DNA from: Selaginella moellendorffii
Lineage: Eukaryota > Plantae > Lycopodiophyta
Direction: 5' to 3'
DNA length: 64,000 nucleotides
NCBI RefSeq assembly: GCF_000143415.4
Contig: NW_003314279.1
Span: forward strand, 124,001 to 188,000
Below the pieces are notes generated by a model. That model worked only from the letters and a program-made list of their open reading frames with translations, was not told the DNA's origin and made no database searches. Every line of letters starts with the position of its first letter. Within the stretch, counting starts at the first letter, position 1. Positions 35,614 to 46,892 of this stretch are shown piece by piece. The position numbers were made by a program, and so were the translations under genes.

Positions 35614-38600
35614 TGTGGAGACAAGTGATGACAAGTCTCCACATCAGCAAAGAAGACAAGTCATTCATCCAAGACACCAACCGCCAAGCGTCACACCCAT
35701 ACCGTTATGTACATAACCATACCAAAACAATGAAGTTGACAGAGCATTCTGCATACACAAAATCACACATCTACAAGGTATCGGGTTTGTTTCAATCTTG
35801 ATGGCGAAACACTGGCAAACACAGCAACGCGACGAGCAGGACCGCGCTAGGGCTCTCGCAGTCCTTGCTAGGGTGGAACGACGGATTCAAGAACGCAAGC
35901 GAGCGCAGCGTGATGTTCAGCCGTGCCTCTGCTCTGTGTGCACGGCGTGTGGGCGTCCCTTCCAACGATTCCCACCGCCTCCTCCCCCTCCTCGCTTCTA
36001 GCTTACTCCACTGTTTTCTCCTTTTCTCCTAGAAACTAATGGCTACCAGTACTCGACCTCGCACTACATCTAGAACCACCCTAGCGAGCACCATGGCCAT
36101 CCCAGCTGGCAACTGGGATGCAGGATGGGAGAAGCTACTCCAGAAGTTCACGGGTGAGAACTTCACGACTTGGAAGACCAAAGTCCAATTAATCTTAATG
36201 GCAAAAGATTGTTGGGATTTGGTGGAGGGAACTGAAGTGAGACCTCAAGATATAGAAGCAGCCTTGTAGGCTACTTAGGACTCCAAAAACCACAAAGCCC
36301 TTTCCGTGATTGGACTGGGTCTTGGAGATGAATTTATTCATCTCCTTGATCTAGAAAAATCCGCCAAGGCAAATTGGGACTCCCTTTCCCAAGTCTTTGC
36401 AGCCAAAGCCGCTAATGCTAAATTGGTTCTGACCCAGAAATTTTTCTCCCTACGCATGCAGCCTGGTGAGACAATGGCAATATACATCGGGAAGCTCAAG
36501 GGCTTAATGCAGCAGCTGAAGGAAGTAGGTGCTGTAGTTTCCAATGAGTATGCAAAAGCCTTCTTGCTCTACTCTGTATCCCCAAAGTTGCAACAATCGT
36601 CCTCCATGCTTTCTTTTGTCCCAGGCAAAACCATGGAGGAGCTTTACTCTGATCTGCTCGAGGAAGAGCGCAAGATTGCCGAGCATCAAGCTGGCCATCA
36701 AGGATCCCCTCAGGTTGCTCACGAGCAAGCCTTGTTTCTTGGAAAGAAACAATCGAGTGGGGAGTAGAGGAAAGGAGACACTAGCCGTGGGCCTCATATC
36801 TCTTCTGCTACAACTCCCAGTCCTGACTTCTCCAAGAAGAAAAAAGGTCTTTGCAACTATTGTGGAAAGATGGGGCATGTTGAGCGTGAGTGTCGTGCAA
36901 AGAAGGCTGCCACCCAGCGCATGCTTACCCAGAGCAACTCGTTGTTGATGATGGCTCTTTACCCATCACTGGTGTCTACTCTTGAGGTTCTATGGCTGGA
37001 TAGTGGTGCCTCCTTTCACATGACTCCTTTAAGGTTTGCCTTTCACACTTATAAAGCTCAGATTTATGTCGGCAACAAGCGACCACTCCAGATGGAAGGT
37101 CGTGGCATGGTGGTGATCAGGCTATCCAATGGACCTCTTAAGGAGGTTCATCACGTGCATTTTGTACTTGAAGTAGGGCAAACGGTTCTTTCTATAAGAG
37201 CAGCCTCAGATCAAGGATTTACTACCACCTTCTTCCCAAAAAGGTGCACCATCCATGGTTGTGATGGTACTCCTGTAGCCAATGGCGTGAGGTATGAAAC
37301 ACTCTACTGTTTAAACGCAGAACTGGTTTTTCCAGCTCAAGTGCTTGCTTTTAGAGCGCAAGACACCATTGAGCTCTGGCATGCTCGTCTGGGGCATGTC
37401 AATGAACGAGATCTGCATGCCTTGGCTCGTCACCAGCATGCTAAAGGCATCACGCTCCTAGCTGGCCATCTGGGCATGTGTGAAACTTGCTATCTTGGGA
37501 AGCAAGTTCGCCTTCCTTTTCCATTGAGAACCATGGAGGACCAAGCTACAAGCTTACTGGATCTGGTTCACAGTGACGTGTGTTACCTGCCCGTGGAAAC
37601 ACTCAGCTGCAAGAGGTACTTTGTATCTTTTATCGATGACCATTCCAGATATGCTGTGGTGAGCCTTCTCCACGCCAAGAGCGAAGTGTTCAACCACTTT
37701 AAGCTTTTTAAGAGCTGGGATGAGACGTCTATTGGCCGAAAGATTCATGTGCTACGCACGGATGGTGGTGGAGAGTACCTGAACAAAGAGTTTCTCAACT
37801 TTCTAGCTAAGGCTGGCATTGTTCACTAGTACACGACAGCCCATACTCCCCAACAGAACAGTGTGGCAGAGCGCCTCAATCGCACTCTACTAGAGACTAT
37901 TCGTTGCCTTCTCCAGCACACAGGCATACCCAACTCCTTTTGGGGTGAAGCCATTAACACAGCTGTTTACATTCATAACCGCCTTCCCACAAGGAGCACT
38001 GGTGTGGTTCCTTACCAAGCTTGGACTGGGAAGCGTCCTCAGTTAGGGCACTTGAGGTCTTCGGCTGCACAGCGTATGCTTGCATTCCAGATGCGACTCG
38101 GCAGAAGCTGGATCCTAGGAGCCAAAAGACCATCTTTGTGGGCTATCATGCTCATTCCAAGGCCTACTGCCTCTATAATCTTGCTCTCAAGAAGCTCATG
38201 GTCAACCGAGATGTTTCTTTCAATGAGCAAGAGCTTTATCGCCACATTCAAGGTACTATTCCTTCAAGTTCTAACTTGGTGGACTTGACCCTAGTGCTGG
38301 AAGACGAGCTCACCCACCCACCAGCACCAGCAGTCCAGAGGCTGCTCGTTCCAAACAAAGGAACACCTCCTCCACTTGGTGATGAGCCTTCTCTAGCAAC
38401 TCCGCTGCTACCAGCTCCTCTGGTCACTTCGGTGGCTACTAGCAGCAACACTACTTCATCCAATGAGCAGAATCTTGCTGCTACTGTGGACGAGTTGTTT
38501 GTTGGTGAAGAAACAATTGGAGGATCTTCTTGCTCACCTCCTCCAAATTCTCTCATGACACCACCACCTCGTCAAGAGATTGGAGCTATTACCTGTTCAA

Positions 38601-40402
38601 GAGGAGTGAGCAAGCCAACGGTCAAAGCTCTAGAATCTCTTGCTCAAGCTCCACGCAAGAAGGGATTCTACTAGGCCATGAGCTCCATTGCTGAACCTCG
38701 TGGCTACCAAGCTGCTCTCTCCAGTCCTGATGCCTCACACTGGCAAGCGGCCATGCAGGACAAGTATGACTCACTGACCAAGAATGGAACCTGGACATTG
38801 GTTCCCCTCCAGGCAGTCACAGCCAAGTGGCTGTTCAAGAAGAAATATCGAGCTGATGGCAGCATCGAGTGCTACAAGGCATGCTATGTAGCTCGTGGTT
38901 TCTCTCAGATCCAGAGAGTTGATTACTCTGAAACTTATAGCCCGGTTGTAAAGCTGACAACAATTCGTGTTTTGATGAGCCTTGCAGTTGAGCTCAACCT
39001 GGAGCTCCATCAACTTGATGTGAGAACTGCATTCCTGAACGGTGATCTTGAGGAGGAGGTGTACGTTGCCCAGCCTCCTGGGTTTATACCTCCCGGACAA
39101 GAGCATCTCGTCTGCCGCTTGCACAAGGCTCTCTACGGGCTGAAACAAAGCCCCAGGTCATGGTACACTAAAATTAACAGCTTTCTGACCTCGTTGGGCT
39201 TTACTCGCAGCATGGCTGATAATAATCTCTACATATATCGAGATGGCCAAGGATTTCTATTCTTAGCCTTATATGTGGATGATACAATATTAGCCTCCAA
39301 CCAAATGCAACTCATCTACCGCATCAAGGCCTCTCTCGCTGCTAAATTCGAGATGACCGATTTGGGAACCTTGCACTACTGTCTGGGAATTCAAGTCCGC
39401 TGGGATAGGCAACGTGGAGTACTTGAGCTCTCATAGGAGAGGTACTCTATGCTTAACGCTAATCCGGTGGCTACTCCTATGGAAGCAAGCTCCAAGTTGT
39501 CCAAGGCTTTTAGTTTGACATCAACCTCTGATGACACTCCCGAGGAGGAGACCACAACACTGTACCGTTCAGTGGTCGGGAGCCTCATCTACTTGATGGT
39601 CTCAACTAGGCCTGACCTCGCATTCAGTGTGGGAGCAGTCTTAAAGTTCCTGGACAATCCATCACCCTCACATTGGGCCGCTGTGAAGCGGATCATGAGG
39701 TATGTGAGTGGCACAAGGAAATTCACACTGAAATATGCAAGAGGAGATGGAGACAATGGCCTGGTGGGATTCACAAATGCAGACTGGGCAGGAGATCCAG
39801 ATGACAGAAGATCCACCTCAGGGTATGTCTTTATGTACAACCATAACGTGGTTAGTTGGTGTTCCAGGAGGCAGCAGATCACTGCGATGTCATCATGCAA
39901 ATCTGAATACGTCGCAGCTGCAGCAGCAGCGAAAGAGGCCATCTGGCTTAAGACGTTGCTGCAGGACCTCGGGATTCAAATTCCAGCAGTCAAACTCTAC
40001 TGCGACAATATGTCGGCAATAGCGTTGACTCGGGATGCGAGATTTCACTCACGCACCAAGCACATTGAGTTGAGGTTCCATTTCATCCAGGATCAAGTCA
40101 ACAATGGAACAATCAACCTGGAATTCTGTCCGACCAGCTCAATGGTCGCTGATATCCTGACGAAGTCCTTGCCTCGAGTGAAGCATGAACTCTTCCTCAA
40201 ATCACTCCGTTTGACTGATGGTGCGAGCCTTGAGGAGGAGTGTGGAGATAAGTGATGACAAGTCTCCACATCAGCAAAGAAGACAAGTCATTCATCCAAG
40301 ACACCAACCGCCAAGCGTCACACCCATACCGTTATGTACATAACCATACCAAAGCAATGAAGTCGACAGAGCATTCCGCATACACAAAATCACAGATCTA
40401 CA
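35614..40402 (+). mobile_element. Full-length Ty1/Copia LTR retrotransposon, inactivated by stops and frameshifts
   Basis: 162-bp LTRs at 35614-35775 and 40241-40402 (TG...CA, about 5 mismatches), TSD GGATG/TGATG and PPT tgaggaggag. Domain order is gag (CNYCGKMGHVEREC), PR (WLDSGAS), IN (HARLGH, LVHSDV, RTDGGGEY), RT (LYGLKQSPR, LYVDD), RNaseH (RTKHIE, ADILTK). Confidence 0.97.
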
Positions 40403-41430
40403 TGATGTCCCATGTGGCCTCCACCTGTCCCGCCTTGCACAGCCCGTCGATGAGCGCGCCGAAAGTCATCACGTCTGGCTGCAAGTTCTTGGCCACCATC
40501 TCCTCAAAGAGTGCGGACGCCTGCTCGAAGTTGCCAGCCTTGCAAGCCCCCGCGATAAGAATGTTGAAGGTGACTTTGTCAGGCACGAGCTCCAGCTCCA
40601 GCATCCGGTGGAGTGCTCTCGACACGTCCCCGAGCTTGGAAAGTCCGTTGATACAGCAGTTGAAAGCGTACGTGTCCGGGTCGGGCATGGCGTCGAGCAG
40701 CACCTCGGCCTGACCCGCCCACCCCGTCCGGAAGAGACCATCAATCAAGGTGCAGTACGTGATTTTGTCTGGGGCCAGGCCGTGCTTGAGCGTCATGTCG
40801 TCGAACATCTGGAAGGCCTCGCCCGATTGGTCCGACTTGCAGAGTCCGTCGATGATCGAGTTGAAAGTCACCACGTTTGGCGTGCATCCCCGCGACGCCA
40901 TGCCGTGGAGGAGCTCCAGAGCCTCGTCGACGTGGGAGGCCTTGCAAAAGGCGTCGACGAGTACACTATAGGTGATCACGTCCGGGGTGACGCCCTTGTC
41001 CACCATGCTCTCGATCATGGCGTGGGCTCTCTCCATCTTGTCGGTCTTGCACAGCCCGTTCATGAGCACGTTGTAAGTCACCACGTTTGGGACGTAGCCA
41101 CCTGCAATCATGTCGTCGAAGACGTTGCAAGCCTCGTCGGTCTGGCCACACTTGCACAGCCCGTCGATCAGCGTGCTGAAAGTCACGGTGTCTGGAGAGA
41201 CTCTCAAGCTCCCATCTCGCAAGCTCCTCATCAGCTCGCACGCCTCGGCCATCATGGACTGCTTGCAAAGGCCGTCGAGGAACGAGTTGTAAGTGATGAT
41301 GTTTGGAAGAACGTCGCAGCTCTTCCGCATCATCTCCTGGATGAGCTCTCGCGCCTCGTCGATCCGGCCGACCTTGCACAGCCCGTTGATGAGCACGCTG
41401 TAGGTGACGACGTTTGGGACGCAACCTCGA

Positions 41431-41569
41431 TGTTGTGGTGTAAAAAGGGATGGACATAACACTCATGAGCTCGTTCATTGTGTTCCGACTCTTTTTACAT
41501 GACTCAAGGGACATGACTCATGACCACGTGGACATGCCACGTCATCTGATCGAGACTGACATCTCGACA
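41431..41569. mobile_element. 139-bp solo-LTR/TRIM-like insertion
   Basis: TGTTG...CGACA termini and a perfect 5-bp TSD CTCGA (41426-41430 and 41570-41574); absent from the intact PPR paralog at about 54730. Confidence 0.85.
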
Positions 41570-41877
41570 CTCGAGAGCTCATGTCGCCATGGAGCCGCCG
41601 TGCCTCCTCCAGATCCCCGGCTTTGCACAAGCTGTCGATCAGCGTGTTGTAAGTCACCACGTCGGGGTGGTGGCCTCTCTTCACGAGCTCCTCGAAGAGC
41701 TCCATCCCTGCGCCAAGCTCGTTGCTCTTGCACAGCCCATTGGTGTTGTGGTGGGAGCTACGCTGTCACGAGCCATCTCCCCGCGGAAGATCTCCAGCGC
41801 GCGGGCGGTCTCGCCGGCGCGGCACAGCGACTGGAGCACGATGTTGTAGTCCGCCACCGAGCGCGAGGAGCTCCGGA

Positions 41878-42440
41878 CAAAAAAAAAATTTCAGGGGACA
41901 CAAATTTACTCTTTGAGTGTTGATGGTGGCGGTGGTGATTGGTACCAGTAGATTGGTGGCGATGGTGGAGGTGGGGATTTACGGTGGTGGTGATGTGGTG
42001 GCGGCAGCAGTATGGTGGTGGGGATTTATACACATATGGTGGTGGTGGTGGTGGCGACTCATATTTATACGGTGGCGATGGAGGTGGAGACTGCAGTGGT
42101 GGTGGAGATGTGTACTTGTATGGAGCTGGCGATGGTGTACATTTCTCACATTTTGGTGGTGGTGGTGGTGGAGATTTGTACTCGTACGGAGGTGGCAATG
42201 GTGGAGACTTCTCGCATTTTGGTGGTGGTGGCGGTGGGGATTTCTCACATTTTTGGCGGTGGTGGTGGCGGGAACTTCGGTGGTGGTGGTAGTGGTGGCA
42301 GCGGAGACTTGGGTGGCAGATTTTTCACACTTTAGTGGAGGTGGTGGAGACTTGTAACGGTAAGGAGGTGGTGGCGATTCAACTGGCGGTGATGGAGATT
42401 TGTGATGGTGTGGTGGCGACTCAACCGGCGGTGGTGGGGA
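41878..42440 (-). pseudogene. Headless extensin fragment (paralog of 26454-26975) fused to the PPR pseudogene
   Basis: SPPPP, YEYK, YKY and PKCEK repeats; 3' flank shared with 26424-26470; no signal peptide. Confidence 0.8.
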
Positions 42441-44154
42441 TTTTGATCAAGCACGAGAAACAAGAGTGGCGATCTTGCTCCAGGAATCAATTGGTTAACT
42501 TCCCTTCATTTTCAGATTCTGGACGTTTAGGAATGATCCATGGTTTAGAATTCACTGGGATGCCCTGATCTATACAGAGCTGGCTTGTGGACTTCTTGAA
42601 AGCTCTTGGGCTGAAGGGCTCTCCAGTTCTTGGGTGATATCAACAGTCTTAGAATGGTGGACAGAAAGCTTGTGTGCCATCAACGTGCTGAAATTGTGGC
42701 ATTTTATAGATGCTTAAACCAAACCCTAAATGTGGCAAATAATGAAATATATATGTGTTATTTGTAAATTAGGCACCACCCACCCCTTTGGAGGTGTACC
42801 TGCCCTCGAATTGACAATCATAAATTAATTTGACACCTGCATGTAGTACTCATGTTGATTTGCTACTGCTCAGTGCATATAGGTTTGCAACAAGGGGATG
42901 GGGGGCTGAGCATGAGCCTTTCAATTATAAAGTTCACACCAGTGCAAGACTCGGCACTAAACTACCAGGGTCCTCTCCAATTCCATGGTAGTCTTCTCCA
43001 AATCGCTAGCGCTTGGCGCTTGACTTCCCATCCCAGAATGAGACTGCTCTCTTCGGGCCATGTAGCCAGCAATGTGTTTTGTGGCTACCAATAAGAGGCC
43101 ATGAAGAATTGTAGCAAGTTCCTGATGTTTGTATCTTGTTCTGGTTTACCAGATAGCCACTCCTGTGTTTTACAAAGGCCATGAGAACCGAGTTCCAGTC
43201 TCCAGCACAGGATGTGCGTGATATTTTGTCAAAAATGAGCTTAACCTCTCATCATCATTGTGTAGAGCAGAGAGTCTCGCTGCTCGCACTCGTCAAACAA
43301 ACCTTGGAATATGTTTTGATGGTGGCTTTAGAATCCTTGATATATCAAGATCAAAGAAAACAACAAGTAAAAAACTTGAAAACCTGGTTGCATCTGGTTT
43401 GCATTATCCTGAGTTGTCAAGAAAGCTTAGATACTTCCCAAGAAATCTCCCCTTCACCTCGTCAATCTGCTTAGACACTTCATGCTTGACTTGCTACTTT
43501 TGCAGAAAGTTGTTAAATCCCATCTATTCTCCTTTTGACTAGTGCATAGGGGTAAGAATAAATTTAATCGCCCTGTCCTTTTCACTAGCACATAGAGTTG
43601 GGATACTGATCAAGAGCAAAAAACTAGTTGGCTTTGGGATTTTGATCAAGCACGAGATTCAGGAATCGATTGGTTAACTTTGCTTCATTTTCAGATTCTG
43701 GACGTTTAGGAATGATCCATGGTTTAGAATTCACTGGGACGCCCTGATCTATGGACAGCTGGCTTGTGGACTTCTTGTGCTGAAGGGCTCTCCAGTTCTT
43801 GGGTGATATCGACAGTCTTAGAATAGTGGACAGAAAGCTTGTGTGCCATCAACGTGATGAAATTGTGGCATTTTATCGAGCAAGGTCTTTGAGGAGACTG
43901 GCTTGGAGCATTAAGCTTTGATAAGAGCATTTTCTTGCTATCAACTTAGAAAATGGCTTAAACCAAGCCCTAAATGTGGCAAATAATGAAATATGTTATT
44001 TGTAAATTGCCAGGCACCACCCACCCCTATGGAGGTGTACCTCCCCCTCGAATTGACAATCATAAATAAAGTGTTATACAACGCTGATTCGCAAGAAAAA
44101 TCAAGTATCTTTACATTGCTCTGGTCTATGGCTCAAATCGAATAGTTTCTTTCT

Positions 44155-44667
44155 TCATCTTCCAGTGCTGGATGGAAACAGAGGTCTTTGTGGAGTGGGC
44201 ATGAAGGAGCGGCCGCCACTGCTGCTGCCCTCCTCTGAATAGGCCTCGAGATCCACCCCCGCCCCGCCCAGCTTCGCCGCTCTCCTTCTCGCCTGCGACG
44301 CCTCCTGCCGCTGCGCGACGTACTTGCGCGTCCGGCACACATAGACCGCAAGAACCACTAAGGCAATCGCGAGGAACAGTCCCACCACGAGCCCAGCGAT
44401 CGCCTCGTGCGAGAGCGTGATCGTTTCCTTGCTGGATTTGGATTGCTCCAGTAGCCACCGTCGTCCAATTGACCCAATCGCTGGCTGGATCATCCGCTGG
44501 ATCGATCCAGGAGCTTCATACCCGTATTGGGTGACCTCATAGGATGAATCTACACCGCTGCTACAACCGCCGCCTGGGATCCAGATCGCAAGCAGCAGGA
44601 ATAGAGAAAGAAGAAGAAGCAAGCCGCTCCTCTGAGTTGGCGCTACCTCTCCGCCAAATAGCACCAT
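44155..44667 (-). CDS. Unknown small type-I membrane protein, copy 2
   Basis: Intact ORF from MVLFGGEVAPTQRSG, near-identical to copy 1. Confidence 0.75.
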   Translation of the reverse strand: MVLFGGEVAPTQRSGLLLLLSLFLLLAIWIPGGGCSSGVDSSYEVTQYGYEAPGSIQRMIQPAIGSIGRRWLLEQSKSSKETITLSHEAIAGLVVGLFLAIALVVLAVYVCRTRKYVAQRQEASQARRRAAKLGGAGVDLEAYSEEGSSSGGRSFMPTPQRPLFPSSTGR

Positions 44668-45799
44668 TTTCGTGATCCTGCGTGTATAGGGATGTGTTCG
44701 TTGCCTATTTCTCGAGCTCTCAAGTAGAATGGAAGTTTGGATATCATTTATATAGGAAAAAGACCCTCTTGACCTACAATACATAACGCGACTAGTTCAA
44801 AGTCTTCTTGTGAATAGCGCGTCATACGTGGCTTCGCCTAGACCTTGAAGTTGGCAGAACTTTTCTTATGTGAATTTCTTCTTCCTAAACCCTAAACAAT
44901 CAAAGTCATTTCATGGCAAGATCGCTTGTGATCTGCAAAGAAAGAAGGAATCTTTATAGATCAGTCTTCCTTGCCTCAAAAATCCACATTGCTTGCCGTG
45001 AGCTGAGATGCATTTCGAGCAGCAGCTTAAAATTTTTTAAGCCTGGGCGCCATTTTCATTATAGTTTGGAGGGCAAAGCGTGGAGGTGGATGATTACACA
45101 GAGGAGCAGGATATAATCTCCAGCATTCTCCACCGTGCCAAGTACAAGGCTCCCAGCTGCCTCAAGGAACTCACTGTTGTGCTCGAGTATAGCAAGGATG
45201 GTGATGACCAGATAGTCACTGCTGTTGGCTCCCTCACAAAGCTCTCCCTCGAAGCTCTCCATGGGACCAAATGGGGAGCAGCGTACTCCACCGCGATTCA
45301 GGAGCTCCACATCACTGGGAGACCATGTTGGGGGGTGTGGGATCTTGTATGTAGAGACACATCCTCGCGCTTGGTGACACCTCCGGGCACAAATGATTTA
45401 TTTGTGGGCACAAATCACTGTAACACAAATCAATCAATAAGATTTAACAAAGAAAAAAAAAACAAAGAAGAATAGTCAAGATCCACATTAAGAAACAGTT
45501 GTATTGTCTCCAGATTAACAAAGAAAAGAGACTGTCCATGGTCATCTTGTGTTCACTGTCAATGCATTGGAGCGCAAGCCTCAAAACCATAGGCGAGACT
45601 GGGAGAGATTGGCGATGGCATCCACCTTCCAGTGTCCATATAACGCCAACTTACGAAGGTTGTCACATCGCGTGTCCACAACGCAAGAGTTACACTGTTC
45701 AAAACCTCTAGGCTCGGGCACGAAGCTAGCAGCATCTGGAGCAGCGCATGGGGGACGTAAGAGTAGAGCTCACATCTTTTTACACGAATCATCTTGAAA

Positions 45800-46060
45800 A
45801 GAGATCTAAGGCAAGAAAGAATCATGGCTGTCCACTCTTGATGGGAAAGATCAACGCAAAACACTCAAATGAAACGCAGACCACTACAACCCTGTCTTGG
45901 ATTCGATCGAAAACCCATCGAGCCTCCATTTCTGCATTTCCCATACATGTTGATCAAGCTACTGGCCACACGAGGATTGGATTGGAGCCATATCCTGTGT
46001 GGATGTGGATCCTCCTCCCTCTCTCCAAATTCCTGGCGCCGGTGCAGGATTTCATGCTGT
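45800..46060 (-). pseudogene. PLS-class PPR fragment (copy at about 51795-52055)
   Basis: MKSCTGARNLERGRRIH, LINMYGKC and EARWVFDRIQDRVV in broken frames. Confidence 0.6.
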
Positions 46061-46252
46061 CCTTGACTCTAACCATAAACTTTTCTCTCTATTTCAAAGA
46101 GGTAGGAGCGAGAGGACTCCAGTCTCCTCTCTATGTGGCGGTAGCTCCAGTGGAACCTGTGCAGAAAACTCACAAGGACGAGCATCAACATCGTGACTCG
46201 CAAAACCACAAGAGGTACCAATTCATCTTTCGTGAAACTTAGTAGTCATGCA

Positions 46253-46892
46253 GTTGATTTTCAATAAGAACTTGACAAAGATCAGGCATTGCTACTTCTC
46301 ACGCGTGAAAAAATGCGACCAGGAAAAAAGAAGAGCAAGTCGAACAGCACTCGGTAGCATTCATAGCTTGGCTTCAGTGCCAGGAGTTCCCAGTCCGCCA
46401 CAACTTGGCTGCTGTGAATCACGATGTCTTCCACTTGATGAACTCCAAGTAAATCCTTGAGAACCATCACGGTGGGCGGTGTGGGATCTTGCACGTGAAG
46501 ATGAACAGCCACATCCTTACGCTTGGTGACACCTCCAAGCTCCCTCAGTTAACAGCGAACACAAGATGACCATGGACAGTCTCTTCTCTTTGTTTGGCTT
46601 TGGAGACGATACATACTGACTGCTGTTCTCTTCAGGTTCGTTTTTTTTTATTTGTCTTGTGTTTCTTGCTGATCGATCTGTGTTGCAGTCATTTGTGCCT
46701 GGAGGTGTCACCAAGTGCAAGGATGTGACTGTTCATCTTCACGTGTTGGTGGCGCTAAAGCCAGGTTACAAATGCTTCTGGGTGCTGTTTGACTTACTCT
46801 TTGGTCGCATTTCTTTCGCACGTGAGAAACTGCATCACTGGCTCTATTAGTAGCGATGCGTGATCTTTGTCAAGTTTATATTGAACATCAAC
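46253..46892. repeat. Long imperfect inverted repeat (fold-back), arms about 46253-46537 and 46700-46892
   Basis: For example, cttggtgacacctcc pairs with ggaggtgtcaccaag and aacttgacaaagatca pairs with tgatctttgtcaagtt. Confidence 0.85.

Larger units (their letters stand above)
34985..41877 (-). pseudogene. Disrupted, 5'-truncated copy of the P-class PPR gene at 53049-55571
   Basis: Near-identical to 53049-55055 but with small deletions and frameshifts, a Copia insertion and a 139-bp insertion. Confidence 0.92.

Noticed and set aside
44668-44784. N-terminal extensions of membrane-protein copies 2 and 3 in the ORF track
   Set aside because: Not open in copy 1 and they would bury the signal peptide; the MVLFGG ATG is preferred
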